DNA of 64,000 nucleotides from Neoechinorhynchus agilis (GCA_051530055.1 CM121342.1:9873480-9937479), one strand, 5' to 3'; shown: positions 1-12,099, counted from the first letter of the stretch. Notes: generated by a model from the letters alone, not told the origin. A program made the numbers and translations.

Positions 1-175
1 AATCTGAACAGCGGCAAGTGCCGAACCACGCGAAGAACTTGCGCGTTAGTCCTTTGGTTGATTCGGTTGTTGGTTGTCATTTGGGTCAAAATTTGGCAAG
101 AATTTTACAGCTGGATGCCCTTCCTGACGCAAGCCCTCCTCCTTGTTCAACCGGGCTTTGAACCGTCCTTCGCGT
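1..175 (-). mobile_element. Fragment resembling the 5' UTR of RTE-clade non-LTR elements or RTE-derived SINEs
   Basis: Minus strand reads AAGCCCGG...GAGGGCTTGCGTCAGGAAGGGCATCCAGCTGTAAAA, a motif I recall from RTE-type repeats of many invertebrates and fish. No ORF seen. Recognition from memory only. Confidence 0.4.
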
Positions 176-291
176 AATTTATTTGATTAAAATTTATGAA
201 TAACTAAATAATAGAAATTAAGTACTCAATCAGTTTGAATAAAATTTAAGCAATAAACTACGCTTAGCTTTCAAAAACGTCTATTGTATCA

Positions 292-822
292 ATGAGAATT
301 TTATCTGACATGAAAAATCAAGAATCCTTTATCAAATGCATTAGGTATTGCATGGAAAAGCAGCCTTATAAAACAGATAGAATAGTTGCTGCAAAACTAC
401 AAATCGCTGGCCCAATGGAAAAGCTTTTGTGATTTGTTTTAACATCTATTTAAATTGTATGTAGTTATGGTTGCAATGAAAGAGCTTGTGAGCGAACGGC
501 AATGGCTATGCCTTTAGTAAAAGAAGCGTCGGAATCGTTTGTCATAAACTTATACACGGGAATTGGTATTTCAGAACATTCTTCGAATTATGGACGCTGG
601 GTGAATCTTATCCCCATTTAGTCTACTGAAATATCACGGATATTATATTCAATCTGTTTCGCTTTTAATTTCACACTCTTTATAATACAGCCGTGACATG
701 TAAGCATGACTAAGACTAAATGTGCTCAACCCCAAACTATAAGCTTTCGAATACGCAATGGTGTTCGAAATCTCCGAGGTTTTGGACAACGAAATTCAGT
801 TTTAAACAATGCGATCAATTAA
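292..822 (+). CDS. Putative highly divergent histone H3-like fold protein, 120 aa; predicted exons 292-428, 465-565, 698-822
   Basis: Spliced translation gives FIKCIRY (cf. ALREIRRY), LQIAGPMEKLF (cf. LLIRKLPFQRLV), AMPLVKEASESFVINLY (cf. AVMALQEASEAYLVGLF) and TISFRIRNGVRNLRG (cf. TIMPKDIQLARRIRG). Intron 1 (429-464) is GT-AG; intron 2 needs a GT-AC junction. Confidence 0.3.
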
Positions 823-968
823 AATTGTCAACTTAATTTCGCTTTAATCAAGTTCATGAAATAAAAACGGAATGTTTCCTTCGATACAATGTTAATGATT
901 AATAAAAAGCAGGTCAAAAAAATGTTGTCATTCCAACTTAATATTTCTATACAAATTTTAAGAAGCTC

Positions 969-1540
969 TCATTCAAAACGTAAATCAGAACGTATACTTG
1001 AAAGGATATAGTCTTCGTTGTCGATCCTTAGCATTACATCTTCGATTTGCAAAGTCAGTTTATAACGGATAAACGTGATGTGTTTAGCTTTAGCAATGAT
1101 CTGGCATGAACTTTTATAAAAATCCATCTCATCTTCATTTATATCATCTTGAGAGTTCAATGAATCACTACCAGATACATCTGAAAATTCATCCATTTGA
1201 CTGATATCTTCTACAATTTTCACAGCTTTTTCTTATATAATGAAAATAAATCCAGGTTTAAGTTGTAATTTTCTTACCTTCCGTCGCATGGCTCTCAAGT
1301 TCTTTTTCTTGAATAAAACATGATTATAATGCGAAAATGATATACAAATAAAACCTTTATAGACTTTTTCGCTAATTTCCGATAGTTTTTTCTTCCACCG
1401 CTATTTTAGACGATTAAACGATAGATTTTGTAGAGAAATGACTGACCTGTCTAACATGCTGTCGCTTTTCGCTATTAAGGCCATAAGTTAACATTGATTT
1501 TGTTACCGCATGAATTATGGTTTTAATTTGAATTGCCTGT
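969..1540 (-). CDS. GTF2A1: Divergent TFIIA large subunit (alpha/beta precursor); 5' end not resolved
   Basis: C-terminal KLTLQIEDVMLRIDNEDYILSSIRSDLRF aligns ungapped to TFIIA KWKFHLKDGIMNLNGRDYIFSKAIGDAEW after an acidic tract. Upstream exons give YGLNSEKRQHVRQRWKKKL (cf. GVDEQVLMELKTLWENKL). Phase-consistent GT-AG introns at 1232-1277, 1308-1354 and about 1401-1446. Confidence 0.6.
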
Positions 1541-3189
1541 CAAATCAATGAAGTCATAACCAACTTTTGCTTAATATTAATAATATTTTTCTACATGTCC
1601 TTCGTCGGCAAATATAAATTTAAAAAACAATTCCTGTATATACATTTTGTGCTTAACAGATATTTATTAGCTATTTCGAATAAATCAAAGATTATTTAAG
1701 AACTAAGGAATTATCTTCAAACAAAAGCAATTCGATCGGTTACAGTTCAAGTGTAAAATTAAAGTAACTTATATAAACTCGATGAAGACGAAATATTTAG
1801 CTTAATTATTATAATAATACTTATTCTCCGGGAATTTATATTTCAAAACCTTTAATCCGATCTCATGTTGCACTTGTGCGTTCATTTAAATAAGCTTTAA
1901 TGTCCACGTCAAATAAAAGTTTACAAATCTAAAATTTGATAAGTTTGATTTAAATGACATCAACCATGTACCATACGTTCAATAGAATTAAGTACTATAT
2001 TTATTGCGTTTTTTAACGGTGATGCCTATTAAAGACATTTTAAAAATTAATTTAACCCATATTACCGAATAAAAGATACTCGTTTAAAAACTGTATACAA
2101 GTGTGGCATTAAAAGTTAAGAACTAAATTTCTAGCCTCTTTCATCGCGTTACTTAAGCGTCTTTGCAAGTGAAAATATTTTTATTTGCGAATGAGTTTTC
2201 TAGAGCTTCAAAATTAGAAATTATGTTCATTATTCAGAAATAGAAATTCTTTAAAAATAGAAATTAAGTATTTAATTTTGAAATTCATTAACACCACTTT
2301 TACAGGCATTTACGAATATTCATGAAACCGCTCTGGATCACTCAGGTGCCATCCTGGTGTAATAATTAAAAGGAATAATTTTTTTATTTCTCTGTGATAT
2401 TTGGAATTTATTACCTGTAAGTGACTTTACTTCTTTTTCCAAAAATGCAAAAACTTATCTACCAATAAATTGTTTAAAATAATCTTCGGGCACAATAGAC
2501 GACCTTCACTGTAATTTTCTTGAAATACATTTAAGCAGCAATAACGATATCATTTAATAATTAAACGATTCCGCAGAGTTGCATACAAAGTTCTTCCAAA
2601 TAGCTTCAAATAAGCAGGTTTTTGATATCGGAAAGACGAAATTCCAGAATGTGCGCGGAAAATAATATGAGATGGAAATATGCTACAAATTAATTTAAAC
2701 ACCAAATGGGCACTCCGATTTCAAGGTATTTTGTGTTTCATCTCTTAATAATCTCAACATTTGGTCGGAAACAACCTACACTCAATAGCAAGGATCAACG
2801 GGGGGTCGAGGTCAACGGTTATGTTTCATGCTAAATTTTTCACCTTTTTTTTCTAATTAGCAAACAATTCCCGTCGATGTTGTGCGCGGAATAATAACTG
2901 AAATCCGGTGATTGAGGATCGTAGTAGAAATTGTTTCTATTTGAACGATAAGATACAATAAAGTTTGGTTAAATTTAACTATAAAGATCGCGGATGAAGC
3001 GCTCTATGCGTTCATGTTAACATTTCGAATCACCTGAACGATGTGACTTTAGAGGCAAATGTTTAAAGGATCCTGCTTATACTCGAAGAATTCGTTGTCA
3101 TGGATACACATCGTTTAGAAAAACAGCAATCTATAATTATTAAAAATGAAGGTAGCGTTTATTGAAGGACTTAAATTAGTATCCTGTTA

Positions 3190-3815
3190 GTTTTCAAGCA
3201 GTTTCCGTTTTCGAGAACACTTTAATAATGTAGATTTTATCCTGCTGTGGGAAATCAAAGATGCAATCACCTTGACGGAGTACATGATGAACGCCCGTAA
3301 ATTTTCCAATATATTTTGGATAAAATGGATTCATATCTTTTGCTCCTATTTGATTGGAATGATGGCAAACGTGAGAGACTTGTGTGCGAAGCTACAAACT
3401 AACGGTTTTTTCATTTGTAGTGGAAGATAAGTTTGACCGTTTTGATTCCGAGTATAATTGGACTTCTGAAAGTTCCTGCAATATCAAACGGCGCTTCATT
3501 CATGTCCATTGCAATTTGCTGTAAGAATATTCAAATTTTGAATTCTTTTCATGGAAGGTAAGCGAAACTCTAAAACAATAACGTTTACTTTCTAATTTTT
3601 TAGTATATTTGAGAACATCGGAATATTGATCATGGCGGTCAATATGGGAGCATTTAATCAGATAAGCGAAAGTTTTAGTCCTTATTGGAAAGTACTGATC
3701 AGTCTGTTGACTAAAATTATGGCCGTTGTTATTTATTCAATTGTCGCCGGTAATTCGTTGTTCAAATAAAAAGGATTTATATAAATTCTAACCTTTTCAG
3801 ATTTCAAAATTTAGT
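3190..3815 (+). CDS. Multi-exon hypothetical polytopic membrane protein (partial)
   Basis: Phase-consistent GT-AG introns join hydrophobic exons: FWIKWIHIFCSYLIGMMAN|WKISLTVLIPSIIGLLKV...|IFENIGILIMAVNMG...LLTKIMAVVIYSIVA. No family recognised. Confidence 0.4.
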
Positions 3816-4987
3816 GTTTTTACTTAAACTCTTAAATATTTGAGTGAATTTCGTCTGTGAATGAGTGTAGCGGATAAAATCGTTCTTACCTTTTAGTTTT
3901 TAAAACAACATTCTCCACAACCTTTGAATACAAGATAAAAGTTTCGACTCCTCTGGATGAGTTTGCTTAGGCACGTTTTGGTTTCAATAAGACTTGTCGT
4001 AAAGGAATCCGCATAATAAAGAATTACAGCCATATCCACTGATAGTTCCAAAAAGCTGCAAATTAGTATAGAGTTTCGACTGAATAATCAAATGAATGTC
4101 ACAGTAATTCATAGAATAGCTCTTCACATTCTTAAAGAAATTTCACAATTTATGCGTTTACAGAAATAAATTCCATTGTTTTTCATTGTCACCTACTTTA
4201 AAATAGTATCAATTTAGAATTTTCAAATGAACGTATTGGTAATAGATCATTGGTGAATGATGAACAAGATTCTGTAGACTACGATGATTCTCTAATTTGT
4301 TAGCAATCATTTTTCGACTTTCGTTAATAAATCGTTTTAGTTAAAATAATATCAACAATAAAAAGAATGACTATAAATGCTCTCGTGTTACGTACAATAT
4401 CTCAACTATCATCATCTAATTTCGGTCTTTGTTTATTCCCGAAAAATGGATCAATCAGCATTCGTAGTGAATTTGTAAAGTATTTATCATTATTAGCTTT
4501 TGTTATAAAAAGCAACACATTTCTCTAATTTAGTTCCGTAATATTGTTGACGTTTGGACTAGCAATCAGAAGGCAGTTGAATTGTTTATCGACGTCACCA
4601 ATGGACCCGATCATCCTATGGATAGTTGTTATGCTGAAGTTTTTCGGTCGATGCACATTTGAAATTATAAGTAGGAATTTTAGATCACATAAATAGATTT
4701 TTCGGTACAAGTCAAAACTACCTCTTCAAAACTAAATCTTTTTTTTGAATTGTGGTGAATATACCCGAAATATTTCGCGAAGACGGATAATACCAAATAA
4801 CAAAATCTTTTTAGATGACCTTTATGAGGAGAAGCTTTCTCTTCCGAAATATTTCATAACAATAAAATACGTTTTCACCGGGGGGGGGGAATCACCACAA
4901 TTCTAACCTAATCATCCAGAATTAAAAATTTATTCAACTTTTCATGAGGGTGTAATTTCTAGTAAAATGTGAATACTTATTATTTAG

Positions 4988-5247
4988 GTTCATTTCTGGT
5001 TGCTGCCACTACTCCGGCGATTTACATGAAACGAGGAACACAGAGAAACATGGCTTTGACTTCAGCACTCACAGTGCTCATCTCTAACGTATTTAGCCGT
5101 TTTCGAAACATCGAATGGATTGGATATTTTATGATTGCATTGTCATACAAACGACGACAATCACAAAAACCTTCTTTAAATCCACTAATAAACAAGGATC
5201 CCGTTCGTCGTATGATGCAAATTGACACCATATTTAATTTTGGTTAG
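4988..5247 (+). CDS. Possible exon of a small hydrophobic hypothetical protein
   Basis: Open frame after a TTTAG acceptor; hydrophobic segments; no homology recognised. Confidence 0.25.
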
Positions 5248-5495
5248 TTAAACAAATCAAATTCAGCAGTAGACTGCAACTTCGTTTTAAAAGGCATGAT
5301 CCTCTATACGGTTCTTATCGGTTATCTAGTTTCTGACATTCGGAACAGTCCATCGAGGCAATTGGTAAGTGAAACACCAGCTTAATAGATATATCCGGAC
5401 GCACACGGTAGAGATTTTCTTTAGGACCACAAATCGTCGTTCACGTAATTCAAATCGTTTAAAAACATTCGCATTTCAATGTCTTAAATACAAAT

Positions 5496-7217
5496 TCACG
5501 CTTTTTGCTTCACTTTTAACATTAATTGTCGATATTCATCACAAGAAGGCGTACTCATCTTCTCGACTCTGCTAACTGCTTGTGGTCCAGACCATTGAGC
5601 CATTGAACGTGCTAATCGTTTAGCATCCATTTCTCTAGCGCACTCATTCCTCAACTCGTAAATGTACTCCTGTTCAATTCGACGCTCAAGGTCCAAGAGT
5701 CCGGCGCCTTCCAAATCGAAATCGGGCTTGACGTAGTAGTGCACTCCAAAGTTTAAATTAGTCCGTCGACGAACTGAATATCGTTGGGTTTCATGGAAAC
5801 TGTAGAGAGGTTCGTGAAAAGTAAGGATTGGTAGCAGTATTGAAAGGGCTATGACAATTAGGGGAAGGTATTGAACAAATAGACTCGTCTGGTTGATTGG
5901 GTTGCGATTTGAATTGTTTTCCGCACGGGAATAAGTGCTTGCGCGATTGTAGCGCCGCTCACGATTCATTCTATAATTGAACATTTGAAAAAAAGAACTT
6001 TCGAGGGTTTTTTCACATCAAAACGAGCAATCAAAATATTTTTCAAATCCATACGTTCAAACAATGACTGATAAGGCCAGGTTTCCTCTTTTGAAACATT
6101 TCCTAATAAAGGAATTTTATTGCTAAGATATATTTTGAAAGAGGAAAACTAGCTTTATCACTCATTGTAAATTAATCGAATAGATCTCGCGAAATATATC
6201 TTAGCAATAAAATTCATTTTAAGCCAGTTGGGGGACCACAATTACAAAATTTACCATCCCGACGGATTTTCTTGATAAGTTTAAATAAAATATGTTTTAA
6301 TTTGATTACCCGGAGGATTATTCTCTTGAGAATTGTAAAAAATGATGGCCAAAGATGCGTGAACTTTTGTGTAATTCCAAAAAATTTCAAACAAAAACGA
6401 GTTTCCTTTTTTTCTAAGCTGCTTGGCGATAAAACGTGAGACTGCAAAAAACCCCGAGGAAAATGTAATAAATGTTCAATTTTATCGCTACGTCTCAATC
6501 TCGACATTCGATCGAGATCGGGTATTTCACCCGTGAAGAACATATGAAAAAAGTTTTGAGCCAAAAAATCATCATCTTCATCTTCAAACCACATATTGAA
6601 CCCGTTCATCTGAGTTGAGCTCGGTTGACTTCTACGATTATCCGCGGTCCGCCAATCTCCGGTTCTATCATAATCCGCTCGTTTTTGCGGATCGGATAAA
6701 ACCACATAAGCTTTTGAGACGGCCTTAAACGCTTCGTTGGCTCCGGGCGCTTTATTCTTGTCAGGATGTAAAAGAAGAGCAAGACGACGATAAGATTTCT
6801 TTAAATCCGACTCATTGGAGGTCTTTTCAACTGCCAACACTTCGTATAAAGTGCTGGCTTTACGAACGCGTTCGACGTGTTGTTCGTCGATTTTTGAGTA
6901 AGCCATAGATTTCTAGTGGCATCGAAAGCAACAAACTTAGAAATCCATTGATTTTACGGCTCATCGGGCTTTGGTCGTTTTTGAGGAGATTTTGACCGTT
7001 GGTGACCGTTCGAAGTAGTTGCTTCGTTATCTTCTTTAACGTCCCCTTGGGCGTATTTATTTGATAAGCATTCATCGAGTAAATCTTGGGCGTCTTGTGT
7101 TCGATATAGACGCAGTGATTTATTCAAATAGCGAATAGCTTCGGGAATTTTGGAATCGCGAATATACTCACGCGCAAAATTCACACAATCAATCGCGGCA
7201 ATCTTATTTGCCTCCAT
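5496..7217 (-). CDS. DNAJB12: DnaJ subfamily B member 12/14 (N-terminal helical domain, J domain, TM segment, DUF1977); 3 exons
   Basis: MEANK...A.DC...[12 protein letters not shown]-terminus; J domain LYEVL...[45 protein letters not shown]; C-terminal LYS...RRT.L.V.YYV...[17 protein letters not shown]. Introns near 6905-6957 and 5973-6483. Confidence 0.93.
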
Positions 7218-8924
7218 TTTGTTCAATGAATTCTTTAATGTCTACTAGAGAAGATGTCGGTGTGAACAACGTGTGTTCTTCCGCGGTCTATACGTCATTC
7301 TAATGACTAAAATCACAAACTTACAGAAGAATAGAAAACACGTAAACAACCTTGATCAAAAGGCATTCAAAAGATTGCCAAAACCAATCGCCAGTTTAAA
7401 ATAAAATCATTTCTTCTAAGCGCCGTAAAACAATAGAATGGGAGAGGAGCCAAGATCTTGCGGACGGTGGTGATTGCACGTTTTGTGCTTTATTGTAAGA
7501 AAAGTTAGTTTAAAAAAACAGTTAATGGAATTGATAAAATGACTGATTAAAATTAGTCGATTATTATGTATTCGTCTTTAACGCGATCCGTCCTCTTGGG
7601 TCCACTCGAACGCAATCGTCAATAAAATAAATGTTTAAGATTTAACTGTTCGTATTTGTTGATTGTTTTATTGCGCGCAGAAAATTTTTTTCTTGGAAAA
7701 CAATGCTTGAGAAGGATGCTGAGGCCTTGAAAATTCGCAAGATCGATTTCAATAAAACTCGAGTGTGTAACGATTCGCCATCGAGAATACACATCCACTC
7801 GAAGGTGGTTTCGGCGAGGCAATCGGCAGTTTAAAATTTACAATTATTTTAATTTTTACAGGCGCCATAAAACAACCAATAGAATAAATCCGTTAGTCTT
7901 AAGCGAAAGACGACGGTCAATCATTGAACGTCTTAATGGGATTGCTGCCTCTACATTGTTCTCAATCGGTTGCGGAAGGAAATCTCAAATCTCCGAAAAT
8001 CAGTTATGATCATAGGTTTAGTATTTTCCTCAATCCTTTTTAAAATCTTGCTTCGTCGATTTTTCTTTTTATTTCTAAGCAGCTTTTACGAACATTTTTT
8101 TCGTAAATAAATCTAGCCGTTATATTTCACCATAAACACGATTTTCCTTGAGAATAGAATCCTTTTTTAAGAATGTGGATACCATGAGCTCGACGTTTAA
8201 AGCAATCTCAGAATTTTATTGAAAAGCGATCACAAATTCATGTCCAAGGCTAAGAAAGGAATTCAGAAGAAGAAAATCAGGTTTCTGTCGAAAGAGCAGT
8301 AAAAATGATTTTGCCAATTATACTTTTTCTACTTGATTTGTTACGTTTGGAATACTTGTCAATACATTGTTTGGTTTCTAAAGTTTTTGCCTTCAGTCCA
8401 AGAAAATTAGAAAGCTATGCCACCATAAAGCAAACATTTATTTTTTAAATTCTTTTAACTAATTTTGTGCTCTTTAAAAGTTTTGCTGGTTTTGTTATTA
8501 AGAATTGATTAAACTACTTTTTCGTTCTATTCAGCAGCGACCAAAGTACGATCACAATGATGCTGATAAATTGATCAATCTGCAAACTGTAGAAAATTAG
8601 CGACGTTTTTTAAAGTGAAAAGTTCAATTTAGAACGATCGAATATTGGGCTAAATTATATTTTCAATAAAAGAAATAACAATGGCCCTAATTTTTGCCTG
8701 CCTCTGTTTTCATTATTTTGCTTTATATAATTTCCTATTTTATCATTTAGAACAATATCTCTTGTTTCATTTTTAAAAACTAAAAAATCATCTTTAATAT
8801 TAGATGAAAATGGTTGAATTCTTAAAAATATTAAATGTCGTTAAGCTTTTACTCTGAAGGGAACATCATAAGCATTCTGCGATTAACTCAGATTTTAGTC
8901 TAATATTTCTAAAATTTAGAATGA

Positions 8925-9355
8925 ACTTAACATTATTTACACGGACATAAACGTGATCAATGAAGCATATCTACCAGGACGACCAATGGAACTAATCGAG
9001 CTTATAAACTCATTGGGTACACAGACATTTTTTGTTATTTTTATTAACTGAATTTAGATATCGATATGCTAATCGTTCATAAATCCGAAAGCCATTCGGA
9101 GTTCGCTTTCGGAACATTCGCATACCTTTCAAAAACAACTGCTTTAAAACTCATTTGTCGACCCGAATTTCAGAATAGGCACGAAGGGTAAATATACTTA
9201 TTTAGATAATTAATTTTTTGATATAAAAATATTTAGAGTATTAATTATGTCAAAGTACATCTTTCACAATTGTTCCGGAAAAGATATTTCAATTAAAGGT
9301 GAAAACCCCAACTTCTTCAATCATTCTGGGCATATTTTTCTTTTGATCTACTGAT
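8925..9355 (+). CDS. 3' exons of a hypothetical protein
   Basis: Open exons joined by phase-consistent GT-AG introns (about 9017-9057 and 9189-9237): TDINVINEAYLPGRPMEL...|DIDMLIVHKSES...RHEG|VLIMSKYIF...IY*. Ends tail-to-tail with the 9401 ORF. Confidence 0.35.
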
Positions 9356-9400
9356 TAAAATCCTGTGAACGCAAACCCATTTTAAATTTGTCATTGTCCT

Positions 9401-10357
9401 TTAAAGAGTTATTCGCTGGTGTTTCTTAACACCATTTGCTTGCTTAGTGTAATCCACTGCACCTCCCACTGGTTCTATCGTTGAATTGATAGAAAAATGC
9501 AAGGTTTGATCAGTTGTATCTGGAGTCGAATGTATTTCATTCTGAGCGACACCATTTTCCACCGGCTCTTCAATCGCTATCGTCGAGTAAATGTCATTCT
9601 TATCTGCTTCTAATGTCACGGATTCATTTTCAGAGTTAGTTGTTACATTATCGCGATTGTTTGCTTCATCTTCAAAAGGTTTCTGGGATGTATGTTCAAC
9701 ATCATCGTTATTATTGTTATTGTTCGTTTCATTGCCCACTATAACCATCTTCTCCTCGTCTTTCTTGGTTAATTTTTCTGTAGTCTTATCTTTGTTTTTT
9801 TCATCTTCCATCATTTCGGCTTCCTTCGGGTTTTCTATTTTTGCCTGTACCTTATCGTTCTTTTTATCCTCTGGATCTTCAACCTTTTTCTTTTCCTCTT
9901 TAGAGCCCTCTTTTAAACTTGGTTTTTGGTCTACGTCTTTCTTATGATTCTCTTCATCATTCAAGTTTGAATTTTTGTCTACTGTAGATCCACCGGCCTC
10001 GCCGCTCTCCTTTTCTGTTTCTTTATTTTCCTCACTTTTAAACGACGATTTCTGGACCTTTTTGCGATTCTCACTTTCATCACTATCATTTGACTTCTTT
10101 TTCTGATTAGAACCACTTTTAACTTTCTTTTCAGAAATTTCCTTATCCGATTCGTCGTGGTTTCGGGAGCTATCCTCGGTTTCCTTTTTCGAAAGTACAA
10201 GACCCGTTTTGCCGCTTTTACGCCTGCGGAGTAATGTTTGAAAAATCGGAGAATCCTCATAAGATTCCATTATTTGCTCGCTACTTTCATTGGATCCACT
10301 TCTGTCTGAACATAAGACAAGCGCAACTACTAGCAGAGTCAAAGAAGCAAGTCGCAT
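9401..10357 (-). CDS. Single-exon secreted, K/E/D/S-rich low-complexity protein, 318 aa
   Basis: ATG start, hydrophobic signal peptide (MRLASLTLLVVALVLC), long uninterrupted ORF in AT-rich DNA, almost no Cys or aromatic residues after the signal peptide. Confidence 0.75.
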   Translation of the reverse strand: MRLASLTLLVVALVLCSDRSGSNESSEQIMESYEDSPIFQTLLRRRKSGKTGLVLSKKETEDSSRNHDESDKEISEKKVKSGSNQKKKSNDSDESENRKKVQKSSFKSEENKETEKESGEAGGSTVDKNSNLNDEENHKKDVDQKPSLKEGSKEEKKKVEDPEDKKNDKVQAKIENPKEAEMMEDEKNKDKTTEKLTKKDEEKMVIVGNETNNNNNNDDVEHTSQKPFEDEANNRDNVTTNSENESVTLEADKNDIYSTIAIEEPVENGVAQNEIHSTPDTTDQTLHFSINSTIEPVGGAVDYTKQANGVKKHQRITL

Positions 10358-10451
10358 TTTGTGTTAGCCGAGCACGTCCTCCGATGATTTCTACTTGGTT
10401 TTATATATACTTGCAAAGTGTTTATGTGTCTCGTTCTATAAAACGTGAGGA

Positions 10452-11250
10452 GTGTCATGTGCAGGGCACAATGAAAGGCCGGGCATTTGTAAGAAAGGTC
10501 AGCTACCTTCTTTAGGAATAGACATTATCACGAAGCTGGTTCATGTGTCTATTGTCAATCAATTCGGACATACAATCGCTTTTCAAGTCCTGAAAAGCGT
10601 ACCACCCTTCAAAACGAGCCGTGACCTATGCGATGAAAAAATCTTTTGTTGTCTAGCCAAAATGTATAGGTATTTATATTTTTCCTACTAAGTTCCCATC
10701 CTTTATGAAAATTAAAATCTTTAGATTCGACGCTTCGGTAACCTTAGCCATTGGGCCATCACCGAATCCCACGTGCAACCGCCATAAATCGTACATACAA
10801 ACACTCACAAATCATGATCAATCGATCGATGAACAAACTTGTGACGATTGTGTTCGTTTGTATGTGGTCAACGCAGAAAGGTCAGTTGCACGGAGTGCTG
10901 AACTTAAATTTAACAACTTTTAAGACACGTTTATGCTCGATTACGGTTGTCAAACTCTTTTAATAAATTACATTTCCTCCAATTGAAAATGAGTGGAATC
11001 AAATCGAGCATTGAGAAGATCATTGGGTCTAAGGAAACCGAAGTCAACTGCACAGTAGCCACCGCTAATTGTATTTACTTTAAAAAATTGCATAGGTTTG
11101 TTCATTGCTCCAAAAATATTTACTAATAATCTATAGGTTTGCGCAATGTGAAAAGAACAGTAATGATATTTGTATCGATCACGGGTATCCCCGGTATTAT
11201 CTTAATCGTATTAACAATCAAGCTGCTAGAAGATTACTGGATCTTGTAAA
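10452..11250 (+). CDS. Multi-exon hypothetical Cys-containing protein (boundaries uncertain)
   Basis: Exons GIDIITKLV...CCLAKMYR|FDASVTLAIG...TCDDCVRLYVVNAER joined by a phase-consistent GT-AG intron; further exon-like blocks downstream. Confidence 0.3.
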
Positions 11251-12099
11251 GTAAATTTTTACTCTTTTGAAAGCTAGCCTGTTCCTCTAAACGCTAATTT
11301 TTAAAATGTCGGTATGTGAAGAACCGGGTTATACGTTTTCGAGTGTTATTTAGGTCACTGATGATGAATCCCTTACGAGGTACGAAACGTCTTCATAAAA
11401 GCATTTACCGGGTTAAGATCTAAATAACACTTCTAATTTTTAAAATATCTAGTCTTTTTTCTACTAGATGATGTAAAAATTTCACCATTTTTTCAAAAAT
11501 TCAGACTTATTCATCGAAAGTGTGCAACAAATCATGAAATACCGTAATGTATCACACAAACCCAACTAACATAAAGGAAAAAATCACATATTTTGTTGAC
11601 TACATTTTCGCGAATAATTGTCTCCCCAACTACAAGGTGAAAAATAAGAATCCACCAAACTGATTGTTTTTAATCTTGTGAAACACTACTTGACTTTCCA
11701 GCTACATGATTGATCAAGTTTTAATTTTGAATGAACGCAGATGAACACACAAATTTGCAAGGGTGCATTTAAGATTTTGAAGCGCGGAAATCGCAGTTTT
11801 CAACGAAGCTGATGAATGTAGTGTTTCTCAAGGTTTAATTTGGATGATGTTGTGATTTCGGGGATACCTCAGAGGAAGATGTTATGTCTAGGTCCGCAGT
11901 TGGATGATATATTATTATAGTGTTTGTTGCTGCGGACGTTTCCGTGTGTTAGTTTATTAGCGCAATGAGGTGTAAATATTTTTTAAATGTTCAACTATGG
12001 CTATTTTAAGCCAAAGGATCATTCGCACCACCGCTCTGGGTGTAAATATTAAATGCTCAACAGCCGGACGAGACCTTGCGTCAATCTAGTTGAGTGGGA

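Noticed and set aside
7420-7885. Repeated GCGCC.TAAAACAA..ATAGAAT motif upstream of DNAJB12
   Set aside because: Only two short imperfect copies; a promoter role is unsupported.
9063-9126. Strong hairpin (TCCGAAAGC/GCTTTCGGA) reading GT...AT on the minus strand
   Set aside because: Lies inside an apparent plus-strand exon with canonical introns and gives no minus-strand ORF. It shows that hairpins alone can arise by chance, so I counted only cases with frame and homology support.
9591-10260. ORFs 9591-9947 (+) and 9979-10260 (-)
   Set aside because: Antisense and alternate-frame shadows of the low-complexity 318-aa gene.
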